From an uncultured Gemmatimonadales bacterium (GTDB lineage Bacteria > Gemmatimonadota > Gemmatimonadetes > Gemmatimonadales > GWC2-71-9), in NCBI GenBank assembly GCA_963798915.1, contig CAWCVB010000002.1, forward strand, positions 448,001 to 512,000: a DNA stretch of 64,000 nucleotides, written 5' to 3'. The translations under genes were made by a program, and so were the position numbers. The notes under the pieces were generated by a model. It saw nothing but the letters and a program-made list of their open reading frames with translations. It made no database searches and was not told where the DNA came from. Shown here piece after piece: positions 51,132 to 61,052 of this stretch. Position 1 is the stretch's first letter. Every line of letters begins with the position of its first letter.

Positions 51132-52527
51132 TGCGCACCGGGCCCTGAGCGATGGGCTACGCGTACGCATGGTTTCTTCGGCCGCACGCCTGGCCGGTGT
51201 CGAACCCGGCATGACGCTGAGCGCCGCCCGGGCCGCAGTCGAGACGCTCGACGTCCGCCCTTGGGACGACCGTGCCATCACTCGCGCCGTCACCATGGTC
51301 ACGGCCCAGCTGGTGGGCCTGAGCCCGCAGGTGACGGCCGCCACCGGTGCGCCCGGCGTCTGGTGGATCGGCGCCGGCGGGTTCGAGAAGCTGGGTGGCG
51401 AACGCGCCCTGCTCAAGCGGTTGCTCGCGCTGGCGCAGAAATACCATCCGCGCTCGCGGGTGGCTTCGGCCGATACCTGCATCGCGGCCCATGTGGCCAC
51501 GATGCTCCGCTGGCCCAATGGTCGCTCGGCGCACCTGGTGCCGCCGGGCGGATCGGCACGCCTGCTGCGCCGGGCGCCACTCACGCTGATCCCCATGGAC
51601 GACGAACTCCGTGCCTCACTCCCGGCACTGGGAATCGTTACCGCGGGAGCCCTGGCGGCGCTCCCTGTCAGCGAGATCGAACGTCGCTGGGGTGACGACG
51701 GTCTTCGCGCCTGGCGGCTTGCGCGCGGCGAGGACGAGCGTCGGCCGGTGCTCGCCGCCATCGCGGCGGCCGCGGCCGTCACCGTGGAACTGCCCGATCC
51801 GGTCACGACGCTCGAGCCGGTACTCTTTCTGCTCACGCCCGCACTGGAGCGGCTGGTGCGCGACTCCGCCCTGAAGGGCGAGGCGATTGCCGCCGTGGTC
51901 CTGACGCTGACGCTCGACCGGGCACCGCCGCATGACCTGCTGGTGGCGCTGGCCCGGCCGGTGGCGCGGGCCGCACCACTCTTCGATCAGTGCCGGGCAG
52001 CGCTGGAAACGTGCAGCCTCGCCGCCGCGGTGCGCGCGCTCGCCATCACCGTGCGCGAGGCAGTGCCGCTGCCCGATGAACAGGGCGACCTGCTGCGTCC
52101 CACGTGGAAGGATCCCACGGCCATGGAAGGCGTCTTCGCACGGCTGCGCGCCGGGCTCGGGGCCGGCGCGGTGGTGCGACCCCTGTTGATGGACCGGGGG
52201 CATCGCGTCGAGGATCGCGCCATGTGGGCTGACCGGCCTGCCACCGTGGAAGTCCCGGCACCAGGAGCTGGCGCCGCTTCCACCCGGCTGCTGACGCCGC
52301 CCGTACCGGTGGCGGTGCGGCGCCGGCACGGGCGTCCCGCTGCTATCCGCTGGGAAGGACGTCGCTGGGTCGTGACCCATGCCATCGGCCCCGAGCATCT
52401 GGCCGGTGCGTGGTGGAGCCAGCCCTATGAGCGCGAATACTGGTACTGCGACACTCCCCGTGGCTCGCTGCTCGTGTATCACGCCCGCGGGACAGGGCGG
52501 TGGTGGGTGGAGGGGTGGGGGGACTGA
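51025..52527 (+). CDS. imuB: ImuB, catalytically inactive Y-family polymerase
   Basis: GVEPGMTLSAAR; EQGDL clamp-like motif; GPEHLAGAWW...REYW. Confidence 0.88.
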   Translation: MRSSWRVACVRIPRFPIGAVWSADVTHLPGTDAWDDAHRALSDGLRVRMVSSAARLAGVEPGMTLSAARAAVETLDVRPWDDRAITRAVTMVTAQLVGLSPQVTAATGAPGVWWIGAGGFEKLGGERALLKRLLALAQKYHPRSRVASADTCIAAHVATMLRWPNGRSAHLVPPGGSARLLRRAPLTLIPMDDELRASLPALGIVTAGALAALPVSEIERRWGDDGLRAWRLARGEDERRPVLAAIAAAAAVTVELPDPVTTLEPVLFLLTPALERLVRDSALKGEAIAAVVLTLTLDRAPPHDLLVALARPVARAAPLFDQCRAALETCSLAAAVRALAITVREAVPLPDEQGDLLRPTWKDPTAMEGVFARLRAGLGAGAVVRPLLMDRGHRVEDRAMWADRPATVEVPAPGAGAASTRLLTPPVPVAVRRRHGRPAAIRWEGRRWVVTHAIGPEHLAGAWWSQPYEREYWYCDTPRGSLLVYHARGTGRWWVEGWGD

Positions 52528-52676
52528 TGGAGAGTCGTCGGTCGTCGGTCGTCGGTCATCGGCCAATGAGGTGTGCCACTCGGACCGAAGCTCAGCCAAG
52601 CTCCAGCCTCTTCGGCCGCTCCGCGACCTCAGAGCGACAGTGCAGTTGACGACCGATGACCGACGACCGACGACTA

Positions 52677-55600
52677 TGTACACAGAACTCCACACCCACT
52701 CCTGCTTCTCGCTGCTCGATGGCGCGTCCACGCCCGGGCGATTGGTGGAGACTGCCAGGGCGCTGGGATACCGGGCGCTGGCGCTCACCGACCACAATGA
52801 GATGGGCGGGGCGGTGCAGTTTGCCGAGGCGGCGCGCGAGGCGGGTCTTGGCGGCATCCTTGGTACCGAACTGACCGTGCTGTGGAAGGATGAGCTCACC
52901 CATCTCACCCTGCTCGCCGAGTCGCAGGAGGGCTACGCCAACCTTTGCCAGCTGATCACGAAGAGCCGGATGGAGATGCCGAGGGGCGAGCCGGCGGTCA
53001 CGCTCGAGCATCTGGCACAGCATGCGCCGGGAATCTTTGCGCTCACCGGCTGCCTCCGGGGCCGGGTGCCGGCGCTGGTCGCCCGGGGCGAAGAAGCGGC
53101 GGCGCGGGCCGCGGCCGGGCAGCTGATGGAGATGTTCGGCCGGCGGCTCGCCATCGAATGCTGGGACCACGGCCTGGAAGAGGAGCGCGTCGTGTTTCCC
53201 GCGCTCCGCCGCATCGCGCGGTCCCTTGATGTCCCGTGGGTGGTCACCAACGACGTGCACTATGCCCATCCCGACGAGTGGCGCACCCACGATGTGCTCA
53301 CGGCGCTGCGTCACCGGCAGACACTCGAGGAGATGGGGAGCAGGCTGCGGCCCAGCGGCGAGTGGTACCTCAAGCATCCGGCCCAGCAGGCCCGGCGCTG
53401 GCAGCATGACATGGATGGCTTGCGTGCGAGCGTCGAGATTGCCGAGCGCTGCGCCTTCCGTCTGGAGCAGCTCACGCCGGCGATGCCCGACTTTCCGCTG
53501 CCGCCCGGTGTCACTGCCGATGAATATCTCGCGCGCCTGGTGGCGCAGGGCGCACGCGAGCGCTGGGGCCATGCCATTACGGATGCGCACCGTCGCCAGC
53601 TGGTGCATGAACTCGCCATGATCAAGCGGCTCGACTTTGCCGGCTATTTCCTCATCGTCTGGGACATCGTGCGCTTTGCACGGCGAGAGGGAATCCTCTG
53701 CCAGGGCCGGGGCTCCGCCGCCAATTCGGCGGTCTGCTACTGCCTCGGCATTACCGCCATTGATCCCGTCGCCATGGAGCTGCTGTTCGAGCGCTTCCTG
53801 AGCGATGACCGCCGGGAAGCGCCCGACATTGACCTCGACTTTGCCCATCAGGAACGCGAGCGCGTCATCCAGTACGTATACCAGCGCTATGGCCGGGACC
53901 ACGCCGCCATGGTGTGCGAGCAGATCACCTGGCGCGGCCGCAGCGCCATACGGGACGCGGCACGCGTGCTGGGGTATTCGGCGGAAGAAGGGGAGGCGAT
54001 GGCGGAGATGGGGCTGGATGGGCAAGATGGGCGGGATGGGCAGGAGACGCATAGCGCACAGCGCACAGCGCTCAGCGTCGACCATCGCGGCCTCCCTCCA
54101 CGGCCTGCCCCGCCATCGCTCCATTCATGTGGGCGGGTTTGTGCTCACTCGCGAGCCGCTGGCCACCGTGGTCCCGATCGAGCCCGCCTCCATGCCGGAG
54201 CGCACCGTGATCCAGTGGGAAAAGGATGACCTCGATCCGGTCGGCCTGGTCAAGATCGACCTGCTGGGCCTCGGCATGCTCACCGCGCTGCAGGAGTGCT
54301 TTCACACCATCCGGCGCACCCGCGGCGTCTCGCTCGACCTCGCCACCATTCCGCATGGCGACATGGCGGTCTATGACGACCTGTGCCGAGCCGACACGGT
54401 GGGCGTCTTCCAGGTGGAGAGCCGGGCGCAGATGAACACCCTGCCGCGACTCAAGCCGCGCTGCTTCTACGATCTCGTGGTGGAAGTGGCGCTGATTCGC
54501 CCCGGGCCCATTCAGGGCGACATGGTGCATCCCTACCTGCGGCGCCGAGCGGGGACCGAGGCGGTGACCTATCCCCATCCCGCGCTCGAGCCGATCCTCA
54601 AGCGTACGCTGGGGGTGCCGCTCTTTCAGGAGCAGGGCATGCAGGTGGCCATCACCGCCGCCGGCTTCACGCCCGGCGAGGCCGACACGCTGCGCCGTGC
54701 CATGGGACACAAGCGCTCGCGCGAGCGGATGGCCGCCATCTGCGAAAAGCTGATCGCGGGGATGAAGCGCAACGGCATTCCAGAAGAGACGGCGCAGAAG
54801 ATCTTCAGCCAGATCAATGCCTTTGCCGATTACGGCTTTCCCGAGAGCCATGCCGCCAGCTTTGCCATCCTGGTCTATGCCTCGGCCTACCTCAGGCACT
54901 ACTACGCGCCGGAATATCTCGCCGCCATGCTCAATGCCCAGCCCATGGGGTTCTACTCGACAGGCACGCTCACGGAAGATGCCCGGCGGCATGGCGTCGA
55001 AGTGCGCGGTGTGGATCTGACGTGCTCGGTGTGGGACTGCACCATGGAATCAGGAGATCGGGGGCCGGCGGTGCGGCTCGGGCTCCGCACCGTGCGCGGC
55101 CTGGGTGCGCGTGCGCGGGAGGTGCTCGAGGCGGGCGCGGCGAACCATGCCTATGCCACGGTGCACGATGTGGTGCAGGCCGGATTTGACCGTCGCACGC
55201 TCCGCGCCCTGGCGGAGGCGGGCGCCTTCGACGGCATGTTTCCCGATACCCCTGCCCGCCGGCGCCGGCGCACGGCGCTTTGGGCGGTGCTCGCCGCCGA
55301 GCGTGGCGAGGCGGGTCCGCTGGCGCCGCCTGCGGCATCGGCCGCAACGGTGCCATTGCCGGCAATGACCGGCGTGGAACTCACGGAAGCCGACTATCGG
55401 ATGACTGGACTCTCGCTCGCGGGTCATCCCATGAGCCACCTGCGCGACTGGCTCCGGCGGAATGGGATTCCCTCGGCGGCGGAGGTACTCGAGGTCGCGG
55501 GTCGCGAGTCGCGAGTCGCGAGTCTCGTGTCTCGTGTCTCGCAGCCCGCGACCCGAGACCCGAGACCCGTGTCCATTGTCGTCGCCGGCCTCGTCATCTG

Positions 55601-55847
55601 CCGCCAGCGGCCCCACACCGCCCATGGGTTCGTGTTCGTCACCCTGGAGGACGAGACCGGCATGCTCAACGTGGTGATCCCGCCCACGGTGTTCGAGCGG
55701 CAACGGCTGTTGATTGCCAGGACGCCCCTGCTCATGGTGCGGGGGGAGCTGCAGGTCGAAGGACTGGTTGTCAACGTGAAGGCAGCGGAATGCGAGGCGA
55801 TTGATGCCAAAGCGGGCCGGCACGCGAAAAGCCATGACTTCCACTGA
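52677..55847 (+). CDS. dnaE2: Error-prone DNA polymerase III alpha (DnaE2/ImuC), frameshifted at ~54007-54085
   Basis: YTELHTHSCFSLLDGAS, GRGSAANS, PDIDLDF in one frame; PRHRSIHVGG, KIDLLGLG, YGFPESHA, TLEDETG and C-terminal SHDFH in the next. Confidence 0.95.
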
Positions 55848-56853
55848 ACCGGACCAGCATGATCCGGGCATCGAGGAAGCCACGCGCCGCGCCGAGACGC
55901 TGGCGGACGTCGACGCCGCGGCGATGACCATCGGGAAGGCCGAAGTGCGGATCGGTACGGCGGGATGGACCGACCCCACGCTCACCAGGCGTGGCGTGTT
56001 CTATCCGGCGGGTGCGGACAGCGCCGAAGACCGGCTGCGCTACTATGCCAGCCGGTTCTCGATGGTGGAGGTGGACTCCACCTATTACGCCTTGCCGGTG
56101 CCGCAGATGGCCGAGCGCTGGGTCGAGCGCACGCCGGAGGATTTCGTCTTCGACGTGAAGGCGCACGCGCTCATGACGGGCCATCCCACCGATCCGCACC
56201 GGCTCCCGGCGGCGCTGCGGGAGCAGCTCGGTGGAAGCGCCGATGCGCACCGGGTGTATCCCAAGGACCTGCCGGACGTGCTGCTGGACCAGGTCTGGGA
56301 ATATTTCCGCGACGCGTTGCGGCCACTGCATGAGGCGGGCAAGCTGGGATCGGTGCTGATGCAGTATCCGCCCTGGTTCCTGCCCTCCAAGCAGAGCGTG
56401 GCACGGGTGCTTGAGGCCCAAAAACGGCTGGCGCCGCTGGCGATTGCGGTCGAGCTCAGGAATGCGCGCTGGTTCAGCGAGAAGGTGGGGCCGCGCACGC
56501 TGGAATGGTGCGCCGAGCACGATGTGCCGCTTGTGATGGTGGACGAGCCGCAGGGTACTCCGCACAGCGTCCCGCGCCGGGTCGCGGTGACGTCATCCGC
56601 GCTGGCCATCCTGCGGCTGCATGGGCGGAAAGAGGAGACGTGGGCCCGCCGGGGCGCGAGCGTGGGAGAGAAATATCGGTATCTCTACGACCGGGACGAG
56701 CTCCGATCACTGGTGCCCGACGTCGAGGACGCCGGTCGCGAGGCTCGGCGCATGCACATCATCTTCAATAATTGTTACGGGAATTACGGAACCACGAATG
56801 CGCTGGAGATGTGGAAGGAGCTGAGCGCTGAGCGCTCGGCGCGCGGCGGTTGA
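55834..56853 (+). CDS. DUF72 family protein
   Basis: RIGTAGW; VEVDSTYYA; AVELRN; RLHGR; FNNC. Confidence 0.92.
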   Translation: MTSTEPDQHDPGIEEATRRAETLADVDAAAMTIGKAEVRIGTAGWTDPTLTRRGVFYPAGADSAEDRLRYYASRFSMVEVDSTYYALPVPQMAERWVERTPEDFVFDVKAHALMTGHPTDPHRLPAALREQLGGSADAHRVYPKDLPDVLLDQVWEYFRDALRPLHEAGKLGSVLMQYPPWFLPSKQSVARVLEAQKRLAPLAIAVELRNARWFSEKVGPRTLEWCAEHDVPLVMVDEPQGTPHSVPRRVAVTSSALAILRLHGRKEETWARRGASVGEKYRYLYDRDELRSLVPDVEDAGREARRMHIIFNNCYGNYGTTNALEMWKELSAERSARGG

Positions 56854-56861
56854 CGTACTCA

Positions 56862-57578
56862 TCACATCGTGCGCTTCGCTGCGGTCTGCTTGCCGCGCCG
56901 CCACAGGGCGAAGCCCAGGTACGATGTGAGCAGGAACACCACCAATCCCAATGGGGCAGCGGCGGACAACACGCCGATCCCCATGAGCATTCCCAGCGCG
57001 ACGAGCGCACTGAGCAGGCAGAACGCCACCCCAGCGGATGCGAGCCCGCGTGAAACGACGCCCGTGGACGTCGCCTCCGTGGCGAATGCGCCGGCGAACC
57101 CCAGAAATACGATCGCGTTGCCCACGTTGAAGAGGAACGTGGCGATTCCATTCAGCGCCGCAAACAGGCCCGGCTCGGTGTCATACGCCGTGGCGGCGCC
57201 CCGGTAGCCACCAAGCATGAACGCGTACATCAGCGACAGGAGCATGGCGCCGACGCCGACGGTGGTCCAGGCAAGCCCAGGCGACAGCGACGACCGGGCG
57301 GTCGATTGACGATTGTGCAAGACGAACCCAGCGATGGCGATAAGCAGCGCCGCGACCATCTCCACGAGCCACAGAACCTGGGCCAGACGCCAGCGTGCCT
57401 GCAGGTGCGATACGCGGTCCGCCAGCGTCACTGCCCCACCTGCGCCGGTGCCGTCGGGCTGCCCATAGAGGACCACGTAGGCAACGACCGTCACGGCGTA
57501 GCAAAGCGTGCCGGCAGCGAGCATTGCACCGCCGGCGCGTGACATCTCCGACTGGGAGTCATGGGTCGGATGTTGCAT
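56862..57578 (-). CDS. Multi-TM protein (DUF4386-like), probable distal cassette gene
   Basis: About 6 TMs; GAGGA SD just after an R'-like GTCAGGC. Confidence 0.75.
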   Translation of the reverse strand: MQHPTHDSQSEMSRAGGAMLAAGTLCYAVTVVAYVVLYGQPDGTGAGGAVTLADRVSHLQARWRLAQVLWLVEMVAALLIAIAGFVLHNRQSTARSSLSPGLAWTTVGVGAMLLSLMYAFMLGGYRGAATAYDTEPGLFAALNGIATFLFNVGNAIVFLGFAGAFATEATSTGVVSRGLASAGVAFCLLSALVALGMLMGIGVLSAAAPLGLVVFLLTSYLGFALWRRGKQTAAKRTM

Positions 57579-57593
57579 TATCGTCCTCAGTGC

Positions 57594-57727
57594 GCCTGAC
57601 GTCACGACCCGCTATGCGGCCAATGCTCCGAAGCGGAGCCCATGTCCAGTCTACCGATCGGGGTCGATCTCGCCAAGGCCGTCCTGGAGGTCGCCCGCTC
57701 ACGGGAGTCCAGCTGTGCGGGTGAGAC
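57594..57727 (-). repeat. Highly degenerate attC-like site
   Basis: Minus strand GTCTCAC-CCGCACAGCTGGACTCC...GTCAGGC; 5' arm resembles the 59222 site; lies 11 nt after a stop codon. Confidence 0.45.
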
Positions 57728-57738
57728 GGCAAACCGCG

Positions 57739-58140
57739 TTACTGCGCGGGTGGGAGCTCGTCAGTCCACTGCTGTGTGAAGCGGTAACGGTACGAGAAGC
57801 CTTCGCTGCTCTCGCGCCACCCCCGGACCAGGATGAGCCGGACCGTCTTACCGGGCTTGATCGTCGGGCCCTTATCCCGCTTGCCACAGATCCCCCCGGC
57901 CAACTTGATGCAATCGTAGATCTCCCACGAGGTGATCGTGATGCTTCGGGCGGGGGATAGGTTCTTGACATAGATGCCCTGTTCACCGCCGGCACCGTCC
58001 TCGGCCGCCCAGAATGCGAGGAACTTCCCCGAGGCAGTGACCGGCGTCAGCACGGTGCTGTCCAAGGTCGGCACCCCTTGTCCGGCGACCAGGCGGGCTG
58101 TGGAGACCGCGACTGCGATGGCGAGCGGCAGTGCGCGCAT
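57739..58140 (-). CDS. Secreted hypothetical cassette protein
   Basis: MRALPLAIAVAVSTARLVAG...; located between attC-like sites. Confidence 0.7.
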   Translation of the reverse strand: MRALPLAIAVAVSTARLVAGQGVPTLDSTVLTPVTASGKFLAFWAAEDGAGGEQGIYVKNLSPARSITITSWEIYDCIKLAGGICGKRDKGPTIKPGKTVRLILVRGWRESSEGFSYRYRFTQQWTDELPPAQ

Positions 58141-58233
58141 GCGGGGATGGCATCTGGGCATCGATCCAGGCCTTTCCAGTGTGAGACCACCCGCCATGGG
58201 CACGCAAGGAGCCATGGCGAGTTTTCTTGTTGC

Positions 58234-58367
58234 CGCTGATGACCGGCGCTTCAGCGGCGGGCCCTGTACCCGGCGCCAAACAATGTTCCGCTTCAGCCGC
58301 AGGGACACCAGTAGAGGCGGGACCCACGGCCGGCGAGTGGCCCGTCCGCTGCGAGCGCGGGTGAGAC
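58234..58367 (-). repeat. Degenerate attC site
   Basis: GTCTCAC-CCGCGCTCGCAGCGGACGGGCC...GGCCCGCCGCTGAAGCGC-CGGTC-ATCAGCG: arms pair with bulged bases, both core boxes mutated. Confidence 0.65.
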
Positions 58368-59188
58368 GGTCACTTGATGCGCACTGCGCAGAAATAGGCC
58401 AGTGTCGTCGGCACAACAGCGCCCCGGTATACCAGCCGCGAAAGCCGCGAGTCGTGGCCTCGATCACATCGTACGACTCGCCGTCCTGTCCCAAGACGCC
58501 TGTGATCGGTGCCGTCTCGGGAGCAGACGTGCCCAGGGAGCTGAGTCGACCTCGAATGACGATACCGCGCGTGAAGACACCGTCGTTAGCGGCCATTCTT
58601 CTTGACTCTGCAGGCGTGGCGCGCCGTACCTCCAGCCGATATCGTGTAAGCCGATCCGCCATGCCTGGCATCAGCTGTGCCTCCGTCAGCATGAACTGAC
58701 CCGTGGCGAGCGCAACCGGTACAGGAGTGCTGGATGTGGGTGGGATGTATAGTACGCCTGACTAGGCACCCCCGCCAAAGGCGCGCTGCGCGATGTTGGC
58801 TGTATCCCACTCGGCGTGCCACGATATTACTGGTTCCGAGTCCACCGGAGTGCATGCCCGCGGGACCTGAATGCCGCCGGCCGACTCTCGGGCGCTGCTC
58901 AGCGTCAGGTAGACCGTACAGGCCACTGTCAAAAAGAGACGATAGCTCGGCATCGAGTACCCATGTGAACGGTCTACCGCCAGGCGCTTCAGCTGCGGGG
59001 CGGCGGCTGCAGCGTGATTGAGTTTACCCAAAGAGGCCGTGGCCGCCGACAGCTGAAAGCGATTCCATCGTGGCCAATGCCCCAGGCGGGCGCACCGCAA
59101 GTACCGGAGATACGACTGCAGTCGACCCCGCGCCGTCGACAATCGAGTGAGCAGCTGAGCAGGTACACACCCGATGCTCCCTTGCGCT

Positions 59189-59932
59189 TTAGCGGGGCGG
59201 AGTCCAGATACGCGGGTTAGGCGGCAGTTCGTACCTTGCAGTACCGAACCTGCGCTCGAGGCTCTCTATGTGCTCAACATCAGTTAATCTGCTGATGGCG
59301 AGGCGAGCTGTCTCCAACCTGCCGACGCAAAACTGCATGCGATTGAGCGACATGACCGCCACGGTCTGTTCGCGTAGATAATCTATGAGTCCGGAGATGT
59401 GGAACACGCCCTGTGGCATCGGTGTCTTGAACTCCGCGTCTCCAGAAAAAACGACGACTGATCTGACCGCGTCGGGCGGTAGGAAGTCGAGACGGGCGTG
59501 TACCGCCTGAGCATGCCGGTTGTTCTGAATGAGCGGGTTCTGGAACCTGAACTTGTACCCAAACAGCAGTTGCGTCCATTTCGTGTCCCTCGCATCGGCA
59601 AAGATCCAACCGCGATAGTGCTTGGTCTCGATGACGAACACACCGAATAGCGACACGAGGACGTGGTCGATCTGGGTTGTGCCTTTTCCCCACTGAAGGG
59701 TGAGGTGGTTCATCAGGTGGTAGCCGGGCAGACTGAAATGTGCCTTCAACACGCTGGCAACTACCGCCTCGCCACGATTCTGGTACGTGCTGTTACGGCG
59801 TGCACGAAAGCGCCAGATGCCAAAGCCAGCAATAGCCGCGCCGAGGACAAAGAGTAGGGTTCGGTGGTCTTGAAGCCAGTCTAAGAGCAGTGTCGACAGG
59901 CGAGCACCTATCTCTTCGAGTAGTGATGTGAC
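59189..59932 (-). CDS. NERD nuclease-domain cassette protein with N-terminal TM; no canonical start for the N-terminal part
   Basis: QNRGEAVV; TQIDHVLVS; GVFVIETKHY; FQNPLIQN; 3' end runs into an attC arm. Confidence 0.8.
   Translation of the reverse strand, partial: VTSLLEEIGARLSTLLLDWLQDHRTLLFVLGAAIAGFGIWRFRARRNSTYQNRGEAVVASVLKAHFSLPGYHLMNHLTLQWGKGTTQIDHVLVSLFGVFVIETKHYRGWIFADARDTKWTQLLFGYKFRFQNPLIQNNRHAQAVHARLDFLPPDAVRSVVVFSGDAEFKTPMPQGVFHISGLIDYLREQTVAVMSLNRMQFCVGRLETARLAISRLTDVEHIESLERRFGTARYELPPNPRIWTPPR
59190..59222 (-). repeat. attC 5' arm (partner arm decayed)
   Basis: GCCTAAC-CCGCGTATCTGGACTCC at the end of the NERD ORF. Confidence 0.55.
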
Positions 59933-59970
59933 CGCGAGCCGCTATGGGAGGGCCTCGCGACCCTTCGGCA

Positions 59971-60069
59971 GTATAACGAAACGCAAATCGGCTGCGGGGC
60001 GGCGGCCGCAGCGGGATCGACTTTACCAGCGGAGGCCGCCGTCCCGGCTGCTGTATTTGCCTGTTAGAC
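59971..60069 (-). repeat. Integron attC site
   Basis: GTCTAAC-AG-GCAAATACAGCAGCCGGGACGGCGGCC...GGCCGCCGCCCCGCAGCCGATTTGC-GTTTC-GTTATAC. Confidence 0.9.
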
Positions 60070-60119
60070 AGCGTGTCAGTGCGCCATGGCCACCTAGCTC
60101 GCCACGAGCAAGGGAGCCA

Positions 60120-60899
60120 TCATGCACCGTACCGCTCCGCACTGAAACGCCTCCAATGTGTCCCTGTCCAGCGGATGCCAGTTGTATTCGACGTTGAGAC
60201 GAGCCACGCACCCGTGAGTGGCGATGGTAGCGTCGGAGCCGCTGGTGGCAACGCAGCTAGGTCGCCGTCCAAATACGATTGGACCGACCACGGCGCTCCA
60301 GCATAGTCAACGATCACGAAAGCCTGGCAATCAGCTGCGCCCGACCGCGCTAGCTTCGCAATGACGTCAGCCCGTTGCGGGGCGCTGAGAAATGCAGTGA
60401 TCCACTCTGGGATGGCTACTCCTTCGGTATCAACAGGGCCGCCTATGCCCTCCAAGGTCATGTGAACCTTGCCCTCGCCATCTACCCGGAAGCAGCTGAT
60501 GAACGTGATGCCATCACGATCGAGCACGGAGAAGAGCTCCGGGTTGGACCGATTCAGACGCCAGTCCACGTGGACCGCTGACAGCACGCCTTCATGTTCG
60601 CAGCCCTGAAGAATCGCCTCGAGACTTGGAGCAAGCCCCTTCATCTTGGCGCCCGGCTTCAGAATGACAGTCCAATCGCCCCGCAACGCTAGGGTCAGAG
60701 GGCCCCGCGCGGGTCCGATGTTCCAGGTCTCGGTCCGGACACCATCAACCGCGCCGACACATTCTATCGCAATGGCCGGGGAATCAACCGGGCCGATGCG
60801 GAGATCGTACATCGACGGCTGGGAGTTATCGTCGTGGACCACCACAGACTCTCGCAACTCGTTTTGGACGATGCTCTGCGCCCATGATTCGACGCTCAT
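60120..60899 (-). CDS. Hypothetical cassette protein, possible PD-(D/E)XK fold
   Basis: MYDLRI...AIECV; single ORF between attC sites. Confidence 0.7.
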   Translation of the reverse strand: MSVESWAQSIVQNELRESVVVHDDNSQPSMYDLRIGPVDSPAIAIECVGAVDGVRTETWNIGPARGPLTLALRGDWTVILKPGAKMKGLAPSLEAILQGCEHEGVLSAVHVDWRLNRSNPELFSVLDRDGITFISCFRVDGEGKVHMTLEGIGGPVDTEGVAIPEWITAFLSAPQRADVIAKLARSGAADCQAFVIVDYAGAPWSVQSYLDGDLAALPPAAPTLPSPLTGAWLVSTSNTTGIRWTGTHWRRFSAERYGA

Positions 60900-60931
60900 T
60901 CGGAATTTCACTCCGATGCCCGCGACCCGCT

Positions 60932-61052
60932 GCCTAACGGATTGCAAATCAGCTGCAAACGACCTGAGACAACTTATGGTCCTTTGTGGCCACTGGGAGC
61001 GTCTCTTGCCGCGGCGCTTAGGCCTCTACCGCGTTTGTCGGCTGCATTTGCG
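60932..61052 (-). repeat. attC site, 3' part (interrupted by the IS; 5' part at 62622-62631)
   Basis: GCAAATGCAGCCGACAAACG...CGTTTGCAGCTGATTTGC-AATCC-GTTAGGC. Confidence 0.88.

Noticed and set aside
58370..59150. ORFs 58762-59142 and the 5' part of 57739-58692 as intact genes
   Set aside because: They read through attC-like sequence and lack convincing starts; probably decayed cassette remnants.
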